In this document: positions 1-13,043 of the stretch, in pieces | Position numbering within the stretch: the stretch's first letter is position 1 | Layout of the letters: each line of letters starts with the position of its first letter | DNA from: Octopus sinensis | Taxonomy: Eukaryota | Assembly (NCBI RefSeq): GCF_006345805.1 | Contig: NC_043000.1 | Coordinates: 85,498,001 to 85,562,000 of the forward strand | Length of the DNA stretch: 64,000 nucleotides | Reading direction: 5' to 3' | Made by a program: the position numbers and the translations under genes | The notes under the pieces: model-generated | The model's input: only the letters and a program-made list of their open reading frames with translations | Databases searched by the model: none | Told to the model about the DNA's origin: nothing

Positions 1-44
1 TGGTAGAAATTGTAAAATATATTATGAACAGAGATTATATAAAG
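1..44 (+). CDS. PRPF18: PRPF18 internal coding exon (5' part outside window)
   Basis: Codons from position 3 read VEIVKYIMNRDYIK, resembling the human PRPF18 segment ...IIKFMLQREYVK. Followed by donor AG|GTAAGC, phase 0, joining in frame to exon 3506. Confidence 0.85.
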
Positions 45-309
45 GTAAGCCATTCATAGTATAAACTAATTGTGAACCACATCTTCAACCTTCAGTGATA
101 ATTAGTTGTGGACCAACTTGCATGCTATTTTTATGTTACTTGTTTAATTTTAAATCTTAAGTGGGGGATTCCCTTGACATCATGCCAAATGTAATACTAT
201 TTTGACCTGTTAAAATATTCATAAATAGTGTACGATAGCAGATTTCCAGAAGTTTTGGTGTCACTTCCTATCTTTTACCATTATTATATATTCTGCACAC
301 AAATATGCC

Positions 310-1550
310 GGTATCAAGTTGTTGGATCAGGCAATGAAAGTCATGGAGTGGGTCATAGCCCAACTAATTAGGGAGAGAGTCAGTCTAGACAAGATGCAGT
401 TCGGGTTTGTGCCAAGGAAAAGCACCCCTGATGCTATATTTCTGGTAAGACAGCTGCAGAAATACCTCTCCAAAGATAAACCTCCATACATGGTCTTCGT
501 TGACATGGAGAAAGCCTTTGACAGGGTCCTCCAATTCCTTATCTTGAAGTCAATGCAGAAACTAGGGATAGATGAGTGGTTAGTGAGAGCTGTACAAGCC
601 ATGTACAGGGATGCTGTCAGTAAGGTGAGGGTTGGCTACGAGTACAGTGAAGAATTCTGGGTAGAAGTAGGGATCCACCAAGGATCAGTCCTCAGCCCCC
701 TCTTATTCATCATAGTCCTACAGGCAATAACAGGAATTCAAGACAGGATGCCCCTGGGAGCTTCTCTATGCTGATGACCTTGCTCTAATAGCTGAGTCAC
801 TATCAGAACTAGAGAAGTTTCAAGTGTGGAAGCAAGGTCTAAAATTGAAGGGCCTTAAAGTCAGTCTAGGAAAAACCAAAGTCTTAATAAGTAGGAAGGC
901 AGACAAACCACAAATCCCTTCAGGTAGATGGCCCTGCTCAATCTGTAAAAAAAGCGTAGGTAGAAACTCTATAAGATGTATCCAATGTAAGCGATGGACA
1001 CATAAGAGGTGCAGAAATATCAAAGGAAGACTAACTGAGAAGATAGTTTTTGTGTGGCGAATGCCATTGTGGCTGATGACAGTACCGCCTGATTGGCACA
1101 TATGCTAGTGGCATGTAAAAAGCACCATTCGAGCGTGATCGTTGCCAGTGCTGCCTGACTAGCTCCCGTGCCAATGGCACGTAAAAAGCACCATTCAAGC
1201 ATGGTCGATGCCAATGCCAGCTGACTGGTCCCATGCCGGTGGCACGTAAAAAGCACCATTTGAGTCTGGTTGGTGCCAGTGCCACCTGACTGGCTCCCAC
1301 GCTAATGGTACATAAAAAGCACCATCCAAATGTGGCCAATGCCAGTACTGTCTGACTGACTCTCATGCCGGTGGCATGTAAAAAGCACCCATTACACTCT
1401 CAAAGTGGTTGGCATTAAGAAAGGCATCCAGCTGTAGAAACATTGCCAGATCAGATTGGAGTCTTGTGCAGCCTTCTAGCTCGCCAGCCCTCAATCAAAC
1501 CGTCCAACCTATGCCAGCATGGAAAGCAGACGTTAAACGATGGTGGTGAT
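310..1550 (+). mobile_element. RTE-clade LINE remnant (RT fragment, tandem ~66-bp units and 3' tail) in a PRPF18 intron
   Basis: GIKLLDQ, QFGF, FVDMEKAFDRV, GIHQGSVLSPLLF, LYADDL motifs; 3' tail ending CGTTAAACGATGGTGGTGAT. Confidence 0.88.
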
Positions 1551-2582
1551 AGCTGTTTTGATACAGTCTTTAAATGTAAAAATTGCCAGTTATTAATGTA
1601 CTTCTCATAGTTTCTAAAAACTGGTTTGATTTTCTTTTAAGGTCTTTCTTTCAGGCTTGAGAAAGAGAAAAATCTTTTGCAGGATATGAGCAGTGCCTAA
1701 CAAGGCAGTTTTTTTTTTCGTGTAATGCCAATATCATATTTCATCTAAGTTGGTCAAAGAGTTGTGGCAGTTTTTTGGGGGTAGGCCTCATTGCAACTAC
1801 TACTACAAGAATAGCTTTAATAGTGGTATTCCACATTCTTTTGTATTCCATCTTCAACTTTGCATAGTTGGTAATTATTTCAACTTCTTTATTTACTACA
1901 TTATAGTCACCTTGACTATTTGACCATCAATACAATGTCCAATTGTTTATGTCCATTATTATTACTATTAAGGCAGTAAACTGACATAATCATTAGCATA
2001 CCGGACAAAATTCTTAGCAGCATTTCAACCACCTTCACATTCTGAGTTCCAATTACACTGAGGTTGACTTTGCTTTTCATCCTTTTAAGATAGATGAAAT
2101 AAGTAGCAGTTGAGTACTGGGGTCGATGTAATCAACAAACCCCTCTCCCAAAATTTCAGGCCTTATGCCTATAGAAAGGATTATTATTATTATTATATGG
2201 AGTAATGATATTCCTGTCATTAGTTTTCAAAGTTAACTGTACAAAAGCCAGATAGATAAGCAAAATTGGTCAGATCTAAGATCATGGCTGTTACAAGTAA
2301 ATTTTTTCCTTTAAAAAAAATCATGACTATATCAGAAATTATAGATTTATCACAAAATTCCAGTAGTCATCCACATGGTTGCAAAGCAAACTTCTTGACT
2401 CCACAGCCATACCTGTTCCTAATGCAATAGCTTTAAAATCTAAATAGTACTATTCTTCTTTACCAGTAATGTAGATAGCTAGAGCTATGTTTTAGTAGTT
2501 TAAGGTAATATATAGTTCCTTTTCTGTTCTGCATTTTGTTCTTGCAATCTGAATTAAAGATTCATAAAACCAGTTTTGAGGA

Positions 2583-2811
2583 TTAACCCTTTAGCACTTA
2601 AACTGGCCATATCAGGCCCCATATATTCTACCTGTTTTATCTTTAAACTGACCAGATCCAAACTCTCATGCCAATCCTACAATGTCATTCTTAAACAAAC
2701 AATTACATCATCAAAATCTTGAAGCTGTAAGATAATGCATCAGTAACTGAAAAAGAATATGAATAAAGAAACATTACATTCAACAGAGTAATCTGAATGC
2801 TAAAGAGTTAA
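2583..2811. mobile_element. piggyBac-like MITE; related copies at 11945-12180, 27332-27507 and 35564-35901
   Basis: TTAACCCTTTAGCA ... TGCTAAAGAGTTAA terminal inverted repeat (13/14 match) with TTAA ends. Confidence 0.8.
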
Positions 2812-3505
2812 GCCTGGCAAATCAATTCAGTTTTTTTACTAACTGTTCATTGAACAGAAAACATTGAAGAGTAACATTTTAATTTTCCATACATGACATC
2901 TAGAAACACATGAATGGAAGGATTTAAAGAGTTTCCATATTAAAACTCATTCCTTGTGTCAACCATTCACTAAATTAAAACAATAACATTTTCTTATTTT
3001 CCTGTAATAATTTTTTTCCCAATCCTTTGAATAATCACTTCCTTACATCTTTTTCAGCAATCTTGAGGTGGAAGTAAAAATGATAACATAATTAACTAGA
3101 AACACACTGAGCATCATTGGTTAAAATATAGACATGTACAATTATATTAGGAATGCTTTTTTGATCATTGTTGTTTAGTAATTAATTCCAGTTTAACAAA
3201 GCTTTGCACACATCAGTAAATTTATTAATTACTTTTTAAATGTAAAAATGGTAGTCCTTAGTGGGATATGAGCAACAGATTCAGTGTCCATAACTTATGC
3301 AGTGTAATGATGCAGAAATGCAGGTGTCCTATGGCCTAATGACATCATTCATAGTTCACTGGTGTGTTTTTCACATACATTATCTAAGATTTCTCTCCCT
3401 AAACAGTTTCCACCGTGAAAGCATTTCCATGTTTGAATGTACACGAATGTGTTTATTATAACTGTACTTAGCTATATAGTAATTGTATTTGCCTTCTAAC
3501 GGCAG

Positions 3506-3661
3506 GCTAATGATGCTTATCTCGAAATGGCTATTGGTAATGCCCCTTGGCCTATAGGAGTTACCATGGTAGGTATTCATGCACGTACTGGTCGAGAGAA
3601 AATTTCTTCTCGATATGTCGCTCACGTACTCAATGATGAAACCCAAAGGAAATATATCCAG
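3506..3661 (+). CDS. PRPF18: PRPF18 penultimate coding exon (conserved Prp18 domain)
   Basis: 156 nt reading [52 protein letters not shown], the signature Prp18 loop. CAG acceptor and CAG|GTAAGT donor. Confidence 0.97.
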
Positions 3662-5449
3662 GTAAGTGTTTTAAACTATTACAGTTAAGTGTGTTGCTTT
3701 TTAGAATTGGTAACAATTGGAGGATTAGTTGGATTAAAACAAACTTATAAATATGTTTATAAAGAAGGCAGCCTCTCTCTAATATTCAAAACTTTTCAAG
3801 TCATCAACATTTAACATCCATTTTTCCATGATGGGTTGGAAGGTTTGACAGCATCAGGTTCCATAGTCTGTTTTGGCTTGGGTTAGGGTAATGCCAGCTG
3901 CTCCATAGTATACTGGGTGTGTTTTACATGACACCAGTACCCACAGTGGTGGGCTGGTCTTCTTGCATAGAGCAATGTGCCACATATCTCAGTCTTCTGT
4001 TGCACAGAAATAGTTTACAGTAAACTTTTCACACAACAGCAACTTTAGGGATCTAAGATGCTGTTATTGTCAATTTTCTGTTGGCTAGAAAGTGTTTTTT
4101 AATGCAATTATTACATAAAAAGGGAGGAGCCCAGTAAATAAGAAACAAGGGTTCATTAATAGCTATCATTTCATTAGCTGTTGAATTTGGGATAGAAAAA
4201 CGTTCTTAATAGAGAAAAGGTTATTTTCAGAATAGAAGCAGACATAAACAAAACTAGCATTTACTGTGATAATAGTGGCCCTAGCTTGGGTTCTCCATTT
4301 ACTTTTCTGAGAGTTAGCTGTATCAGTTATTTCAGTTTGGCTGGGCTTCATGGAAACTTAACATATTGCAGTAGATATTTTAGATTTTTGAGGTCTTTGC
4401 AATTTGTTAAAAGGAGAGCTGTTCTTGAGATATAGACAGATGGTGGTTGAAGTGATTTAATTATATACAATATTAGGTGGCAACCTGAGAGAATTGTAAC
4501 CACATCAAACAAAATGATTAGTGGTATTTCCTCAAACTCTTTATGCTATGAGTTCAAACTTCACTAAGGTTAACTTTACCTTTCATCCCATTGGGGTTGG
4601 TAAAAATAAGTACCAGTTCTGCACTGGCGTCAATGCAATTGACTTTCCTTCCCATCAAAATTACTATGTACCAAAATTAGAAAGAATTATATACAATATA
4701 AGCAATGAAGAATTTGTGTTAAATACACACATTAAGATGTCTAACTTTCCAATCCTTTGGCTTATCCTAATCGAAAACCTTTTGTATCAGTTTAGAGTGG
4801 ATTTCTATGAAAATCCTTGTGTGTAAATGACATTTATCATGGCTGGGATTAATAGAATTTAAATATACTTGTAAGAAAGCCTAGAAAAACAAGAAGAATT
4901 CTAATACTTTCGTTTCTTATTTCAGTTGTTGCTAAAGTAAAGACTTCCAGACTGACATCTCCCATAATGCTTAATTCTACACAATGTTTGGTTTTCATCT
5001 TCTTTCTCAAATAGTTTATGCAATTTGTGTATTGTTAGATTCAGTTTAAATTCTCTCTCAGGGTCAAACTTACTTTTGGTAATGCATCAACTTTACAATT
5101 TCTTCTGGTACTTCATTAACAAGTCACCTATTTACAGACTATGCATAACTACAGCCTTTGGTCTTTTTTTTTCTCCTGTTTCTTTTCTTATTGCAATGTT
5201 TCAGTAACTCATGTCGTTACCTTTTGAGATGGATTTCCTAAAGGCATCCATATATACTTCTAATTGTTCAGACCATTTCTACATTCAAATACCCTGATAA
5301 TACTTAGCTCTGTCTATAAAGATATATAATTCTAACAGTTCAGACTGTTTCTACATTCCACTAAAGCCCTGATGACACACCTTCATCCACATTTAGACAT
5401 TGCATTAAAGATTTGATGACAACTAGCTCTTTCCATATATATGGCTTTA

Positions 5450-5705
5450 ACTATTGGCACGTGAAAAAACATTCGAGCGAAGTCGTTGCCACTGGACTGG
5501 CTCCTGTGCAGGTGCCATGTAAAAAACACCATTTACATAAAAGCACCCACTACACTCTCAGAGTGGTTGACGTTAGGAAGGGCATCCAGCTGTAGAAACT
5601 TTGCCAGATCAGATTGGAGCCTGGTGCAGCCATCTGGTTCACCAGTCTTCAGTCAAATTGTCCAACCCATGCTAGCATGGAAAGCAGACGTTAAACGATG
5701 ATGAT
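5450..5705 (+). repeat. Isolated RTE 3'-tail copy; others at ~43410-43605 (+) and ~3800-3950, ~15560-15720, ~17330-17460 (-)
   Basis: GTAAAAA..CACC...GGCATCCAGCTGTAGAAA...CGTTAAACGATGATG, shared with the tail at 1370-1550. Confidence 0.75.
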
Positions 5706-7186
5706 TCTTATGTTTTTCAACCATTTCTATATTCATTGATACCCCTGATGATCAGCTCCAGTATTCTGGTTTCTGTATTATTCAACAGTGCTAGCTTTTT
5801 GTCAAAGCAAATTTTCATTGTTAAAGCTATTCCTTTAATTGCCTTTTGTTTTTGTCATTTAGCTTTAGGTCAGTCTTGAGTCTGTGGGCTCCTAACATTT
5901 TAGACATGGCTTTTTTTTTTCCTTAATGCACCCTGTCTGATACAACTGGCAAAGGATTCTTTATTGGGTTACTACTTTTCACTACTGATAGTTCTAATAA
6001 ACATTAAGTCATGCTAGGTATGGTAATCCTCATACAGAATGAACTATCTTTTAAGAAGAAAGTGTGATTTTCATGCTTTCCTAATGATATCAGTTTTAAT
6101 TGGGAATTAAAACTTGATTGTAAACTCAAAATGTTTTTAAAAAATTTTCTAAAATTGACACAGCAGCAATAGTAGCATGAACAATGTTTTTCAGATTTAC
6201 TTTAGTTCTGTTAAGCAGTGGAAATAATGAAGGCAGTAGAGCAAGAGTTAAAATCTGGAATCAAAGGAAACCTGAAGCTCTGAGTTGACATTCTTACAAA
6301 TGAATTTGTTGGTAGGAGTGAATAATCTAACATTTCAGAGCTTTTGTAACTTTGTCTGAGAAGGGAAAGTGGTAACGTATTTTGTGAGTTAATAAATGAT
6401 GGAAGACATTGAAATGAGAGAGGGAGGAGAGCTGAGAGAGGTGGTGTGAAAGGATCAGGGAGAAAGAGGCAGGTAAAAGATGTTTCAGTGGGAGGAGGAA
6501 AAGAGGACAGTAAGGGAGCAGGAGATAAAAGCTAACATCATCTAGAAAGGTGAGGGTGGTCTGAGAAGAATGAGTAAAGTCAAAGCCTTATGCAAGGTCA
6601 AGATCTAAACTGAAATCAGTAACAGTTACACAATTTAGGATCTTCTAAATTGAAAAGAAAAACAAAAAACTGGCTGTTATGTTGGTAAGAGTGTTGGAGT
6701 AGAAGTTAGACAGACACCTGATGTCGAGATGTGCTCTGAAAATGCATATATCCCAATGTTAAAGATGAGACAGCTTACTTTGTTTGCTAGAATCATTTGA
6801 TTCCAGAAATTATTAAGGCAGCAAACTGGCACAATCGTTAGCATGCCAGATAAAATTCTTAGTAGTATTTCATCCATCTTTATATTCTGAGTTCCAATTC
6901 CACTGAGGTTGACTTCGCCTTTCATCGTTTTGAAGTCGATACAATAAGTACCAGTTGAGTACTGGAGGTTGATGTAATATTTCAGGCCTTGTGCATAAAG
7001 AAAGGCACAGACTGAAAAATGTTTAATGGAGTGGTCAGGCAAGTAAAAGCAATGAGTTTGAGGTCTTCCAATCAGCTTTATTTTGTTTCATATGCATACC
7101 TAATGCTCTACTCTTATTAGTAAAACTTTATTTCCTTGTCAGAAAAAAATTTTTATATCACTAAATAGATTTTTTAAAATTTTCAG

Positions 7187-7276
7187 GCATTAAAACGGTT
7201 GATGACACAGTGCCAACATTTCTTCCCAACCGATCCTTCCCGGAGTGTCAACTACGAATCAATACATTCAGTTTAA
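7187..7276 (+). CDS. PRPF18: PRPF18 terminal coding exon
   Basis: TTTCAG acceptor, then ALKRLMTQCQHFFPTDPSRSVNYESIHSV*, matching the Prp18 C-terminus (LKRLMT..Q..FPTDPS). Confidence 0.95.
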   Translation, partial: ALKRLMTQCQHFFPTDPSRSVNYESIHSV

Positions 7277-7619
7277 TGCACAAAGGAAAAAAAAATCTGA
7301 ATTCATTGATTTTTAAGATAGATTAAAAAAAAAATACTGAAAATCTATTTCTGTATATATGTACATACTGTTATCGGAATGACTACACTGAACAAAAAAC
7401 TGAATAGCAATGAAGTGGATGTCAGCTTTTCAAAAATAAATATATACTCTGCAACATGGTTTGATTACTCTTTCATTCATTTGCTTCACTAATAAGCTGC
7501 ATATGTTGATACATACAAGTGTAGGCATTGCTTCCCAACAGTGTGGTTTCAGGTTCAATAGCACCTTGGGCAAGTGTCTTCTATCACTCCCAACCAACTA
7601 ACCAAAGCCTTCAACCCTG

Positions 7620-8040
7620 TTTGGCTCCAACTGTAAAAAAATAAAATGGAGGTAGCCCTGAAGTATTTTGGGCAGCCAGATAAAGTAATTTTCTTGGCCT
7701 TTTAGTTGTTCTACATGGCAGAATTAATGCCAAGGATTATCTTAATATTTTGGCTAATCATGTCCATCCTATGGTTCAAACATTGATCCCTGTTGGTAGT
7801 ACAATCTTCCAGGACGATAAAATACTGATTCACACAGCTAATATTATTTCAAAATTGTTACTAATAGCACAAAAGGGAAGTAGAGTACATGAACTAGCCC
7901 CTACAGTCACTGGATCTCAATATAATTGAACGTTTTCAGTGCATTTTGAAACAGCAAGTGAGAGACCACTTCCCTTTGCCAACCTTGCTAAAAGAGCTGA
8001 AGTAAGCTTTACTCAAATAGCCCCAAATTTCCTTAACTGT
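7620..8040 (+). mobile_element. Tc1-like transposase remnant between the two genes
   Basis: LAPTVK..GG, INAKDYLNIL, FQDD..IHTA and QSLDLNIIE motifs, with stop codons. Confidence 0.8.
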
Positions 8041-9265
8041 TCAGCTACTTCCATGTTTTACAGTTGGGGCTAAACAGGGTTGAAGGCTTCTTTAGGCTGT
8101 CTTCAAGCACAAACTTGTTCTGAAGAGGGATGAATATAGTGAACAGGGGTAGGGTGGTAAATATGAGTAGGGGATAAGAATAAGGAATGGATGTTGATTG
8201 GGAGTCACTCAGAGGAGAGGGAGTGACGACAGGCAGTACAGAAATGACGACATGGTGTGGTATATAGCAATAATTACAGCTGTAGAATACAGTGGTTAGG
8301 AGAATGATGGAAGGAGGGAAATGAAAGATAGATATAAACAAGGCTAGAAGTGGTCAATGGTAAGAATGAAGGATGGATGCCAATAGGAAGAAGCAGTAAT
8401 TGTAAACTTGACAGGGACATTGGGTGAAATCCCAGTTGTGTGTATACATAAAGTGCACAAAACTGCTTTGAGAACCTCACTTATGCTGTATCAGTAGAGA
8501 TGGATGGGATTCTTGAACACTGCATATTGCCAATCATTTTCGTCTGTCAGGTTGATTCCCTGTTGAAGATTCTTGAAACTTGAACACCCAAACTTCACAA
8601 AACCAAAAATAACAACAGACACAAAGCTAGAACTGTTTCAATAAAGATTAATGTATGTTCAAGTGTACTGTACATTATGTATGTATCTTTGTTATTTCTT
8701 TTCTGTAGAAGTTGAAATTGATATTGGTTGATAAAATGCAGTAAAAATATTACTGCTGGAAGTCATTTCAGTGAATGATAATCATTATTATGGTGGGCTA
8801 AAAGAAGAGTCTTACATGACAGCAATAAGCTTGAATCAAGTAGTGCAATAAATTTGGCTGATAAAACTGTTTGAAAAGTCAGGAACAATTTGATAAGTTT
8901 ACAATGAAGCAGCAAATATTAGTAAACCTGCCATCTGTCAAGAAACTTCTTTTTTGCTGAAACTGATAAAGCAATTTTTAAAAAATGTACCATTTATAAG
9001 TACACTCTGTGTAGAGATCATTAGAAATGGTATTAATTAAATAATTTAAATAATTTCTTTTATAACATCATTGATGTTATCATTGTGATCTTTATCTGGG
9101 CAATTTTGAAGTTTAGCCATCTGACAGATTTGTACATTTATGAATTGTAAATCATATTGCTGTTTAAGAGCTGACATGAAAATATGATTTATAAATATTG
9201 CAGCTTTATAAGCTGGCACATTTTTTCCATTTTTTTCAGTCAATTTTCTGCTTTGTTTTTAAAAT

Positions 9266-9359
9266 TTAAAAATCGGACCATAAAATCACTTTACGATGTT
9301 TCTCACAACTAACAATACTCGAACCAGTTGGGTTCCAAGAACAGGCAATTACAGCATTA
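9266..9359 (-). CDS. ATG16L1: ATG16L1 terminal coding exon
   Basis: (D)NAVIACSWNPTGSSIVSCEKHRKVILWSDF*; TTTTCAG acceptor; TAA at 9268-9266. Confidence 0.95.
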
Positions 9360-11106
9360 CTGAAAAGAGATAAAACAGATATAAATCGTGGGATAGATAA
9401 TATGTTATCTTTAGTAGATGGACATCATGTAATGTATTATTATCTTTACAAAATGGATAGCATTTAAAATTTTAATTAGTAGTGCTGAGTTTTGAATTGA
9501 AAAGCAAAATAAAATTTAAAATAAAAAATAAATTCAAAAAAGTTTTTGTTTGTCTTAACATCTCTCATCTTTCACTTGAGAACAATTGTATTTAACATTG
9601 ATACATTAAGAAATATCTAATCTGTTTCAGTCATTAGACTGCGGCCATGCTGGGACTGCCTTGAAAAACATTTAGTCAAATAAACCACCCCTAGTACTTA
9701 TTTTAACTTTTTAAGCCTGGTACTTGTTCTGTCAGTCTCTTTTTCCAAAACACTAAGTTACTGGGATGTAAACAAACCAACACCAGTTATCAAGCGGTGG
9801 TGGTGGGTGGGGGCAAACGCACACACGATGGGATTCTTTCAGTTTCTGTCTACCAAAACCACTCACAAGGCTTTGGTCAACCCAAGACGACACTTGCAGA
9901 AGGTACCATGCAGTGGGACTGAACCATGTTGTTGGGAAGCAAGCTTCTTATCACACAGCCATGCCTTGCACAACATCCTCACAAAAAAAAAAAACTCTTT
10001 GATAATATCATTGTTTAGTAGTTGTTGGATTAAGTTCAAAGGTATAGTGCTACAAGTAAACAGTTCTTGACCTTAAGTATATGATGACAAAGTCAGCAAG
10101 CTACTTTCAGGAAAAAGAAGACCTTCTGGGAAGAGTAACCATCCACCCACAAAAGAAACTTATTAGACACCATCTACTAATATTGGTATTACTAATCTTT
10201 TACTAAGTTTTTAGAATAAAAAATCAGTGTAAATAAGCTATAGTTACTTCATTAGTATCAGCAAGCTCACAGGAGCTCTCTAAATGTAAAGTAACTAAAC
10301 TGAAAACAATAATGAAGCAGAAAAACATTTTCCTATCTCCTAAAAATTAAAATCTATAGGGGAGGCTTCTCCATCTCTTCTATACAGATCAAAGACTGAA
10401 GTTATATAGCATGGAGTCATGAAGATTAATATTGAGAGTAATAAATAGGATTAAATATTCCACTATGATACTCTTTTGTTGTTATATTTCTATTGAGATA
10501 TGCTACCTTTGTTTCAACTAATTTAAGAAATAATGGAGAATTTGGTAAAATAACTTAAGTTGGTGTTTGAAATATAATTAACATGAAACTGAGGGAACTT
10601 GTGAATTATACAGAAAAATTAGCTCAAATTCAACAATAAGTGCATCGATTTTGACTTGTCAGTATATTTCCTGTCCTTGTCAATTTCATTGGTCTGTGGG
10701 GTCATGAGGACAGCTCCTACGCCTAGACAAAACTAGTTATAAACAAGAAAAGACAACTGTCCAACACTGAAGTTCTAAAAATAAGTACCTTTAGACCTTA
10801 TAGATGTTGAAATGATATATATATACATATTTGTATGATTCATGTACAAAAACAATATGCTTGTTTAGGAAATGTGTAAAACCTATATGTGTACATGTTA
10901 ATTTTTTACCCCTGAAGAAACAGATTTTATGTACCAGTTATATATAGACTCACATTGTCATCCACCTCAATGTGTATGCATGTGTACATATTTTATTTAC
11001 AAACACAAATTTTTAATCAAAAGATTTCCATTAAACGATTTTGATAGTGAGTCACTATAAAAAATACAAAACCAAATACGTAGATAAATAAATTCAGTAT
11101 ACTTAC

Positions 11107-11205
11107 TCATGGCCTTTAAGAACTTTATCTAATGTGTGTTTCTGTGTATCCCATACATAGAGAGAACCTTCCTGTGAGCCAGCCACAGCATAACCGCTAT
11201 CAGGG
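11107..11205 (-). CDS. ATG16L1: ATG16L1 WD40 exon
   Basis: (S)PDSGYAVAGSQEGSLYVWDTQKHTLDKVLKGH; GAAG acceptor and GTAAGT donor. Confidence 0.95.
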
Positions 11206-12436
11206 CTTCAAGATCAAAAGAAAAACAATCAAACAATATTTCTACATTTGTTTACAATCCTCTAAAACTTTAGTATTTTCATTGTCTTTTTGCTTTTTTT
11301 TAATAATGTTATAATTATTTCATTTGTTTCACAAGTCAGTCAATGACCTTATCCGCATCTCATTTCACTTAACTAATAAACTTAAATATTTTACTGAAGT
11401 ATATATAATACTGCTGTATGTCGATGTCTAAAACTTACTTTATTATATTGGAAACAAATATCTAAACAAAAATTTTGATCAGTTCAAACATATTTGACCT
11501 GTACAAAAGCTGTATTCACTACTAATGAAGAAACTTGAAGCTATGAAGAAACTTTCTTGCTTCAAGCAATGTGTGCTGAAAAACACCAACTGTCATTTCA
11601 AGGAGTCCTCTCTCGACAGAGTAGCGAATGCATTTCTAGTTTTCTGGCTATCATCAGCACTGTATATTGCAAGAGATACAACCTAAAATGGCTTCAGAAA
11701 CATTAGTATCCTAACAGTAAACCAACATCAAAAGACAAGCTGATCAGGCACAATACTGGCACCAGCTAATATATATAAATATATGTATTTCTTAATTTAC
11801 CCGTATAAATTTGATCATCTTAACAGCACATTTACCTTAAAAGTACTTTTGTAATCACTGTTAATTTTTCTTTTTCAATAATATGTAATTACTTTTGAAA
11901 TTATCACAAAGATACCAACATTTTGTGAATTTCCAAATCTAAGTTTAACTCTTTAACGTTCAGCTTATTCTGTCAAATGTAATGTTTATTTATTCACAAT
12001 GTTTTGACTTTATCATGCATTATCATTTAACTTCAAAATTTCAACAATGTGATTGTCTACTTTTAGAATGACACTGTAGGGTTGGTGTGAGAAACCAGAA
12101 CTAGCCAGTTTGAATAAAAAAAAAAAACAGGTAAAACATTTGGGCTGGATATGACTGGTTTACATGTTAAAAAGTTTTAAAATATATCTTTTGAATGTTC
12201 ACTAAAAGCTTTTAATGAATCTCTGAATTCTTTTACTGGTTTTGGTAAGTGGTCTGTGGCTATACTGGGGCAAGCGATCTTAATTGATTATACCAGCCTC
12301 ATTTCTTTGTCTGGTACATATTTTATCAACCTGGAAAAGCAGTACAATAAAGTCATTCCGAGCACAAAGAGATATAATAAATAGAAGATCAAATACAAAG
12401 AACTTTTCTGTGATGCACTGATTTTGCTATCCCTTA

Positions 12437-12477
<41 letters not shown>

Positions 12478-12995
12478 CTTGTGTGTATGTATATATGTGG
12501 GTGTGTGTATCTAATGAGCTTCTGCACAGTTTCTACTAGCAAATTTTACTTACAAGTTGCGGGCAACCTAAGGAGACAAAAGGTAGAAGAGGAATTGAAC
12601 CCAGAACCACATGGTTGTGAGCAAACTTCTTAACCACAGAGCCATGCCTGTGCCAATAGTAAGTATATTACCATAATTTCAATTGTTCTGAATATTTCTT
12701 AATATCGTTCCCCTTTCCCCACCTCTTACATGGATATCCTCTAGACTACAACTATAATAACCACTCTCACTAATACCATCTCCATGAAACAGATATTCAT
12801 TCTTCATGACATTATGCACAAGATGGGTTGAGCAAATGACTTTTCCCTGCCCCATATGTTTCAAATCTGTATTATCTCATCTGTGTGTGTGTGTGTGCGT
12901 GTGTGTACATGCGCACTTTAATCAAACTAGATCCACAAAAGTTTTCCTTGCTTTACCTTCTGAAAATTAAGAAGTTGAAAAAGATGTAAACTGAC

Positions 12996-13043
12996 CTAAA
13001 AACAGCTCTACTCCAGTCACAGCTTACTTTGAATTCATCAGCA
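12996..13043 (-). CDS. ATG16L1: ATG16L1 WD40 exon (48 nt)
   Basis: (N)ADEFKVSCDWSRAVF(S) (human APGFKCGSDWTRVVFS); TAG acceptor, GTCAGT donor, phase 2-2. Confidence 0.93.

Noticed and set aside
1095-1395. CRISPR-like look: conserved GTAAAAAGCACC separated by variable sequence
   Set aside because: The 'spacers' are homologous to each other, there are no cas genes, and the DNA is eukaryotic; it is a diverged tandem repeat in a LINE tail.
3491-3505. U12-type intron suggested by CCTTCTAAC close to the AG
   Set aside because: The donor is GTAAGC, not RTATCCTT, and no donor in either gene is U12-like.
11585-11672. Possible alternative ATG16L1 exon (VVSLAIYSADDSQK...)
   Set aside because: No similarity to WD40 sequence, no convincing donor, and the flanking exons already join in phase.
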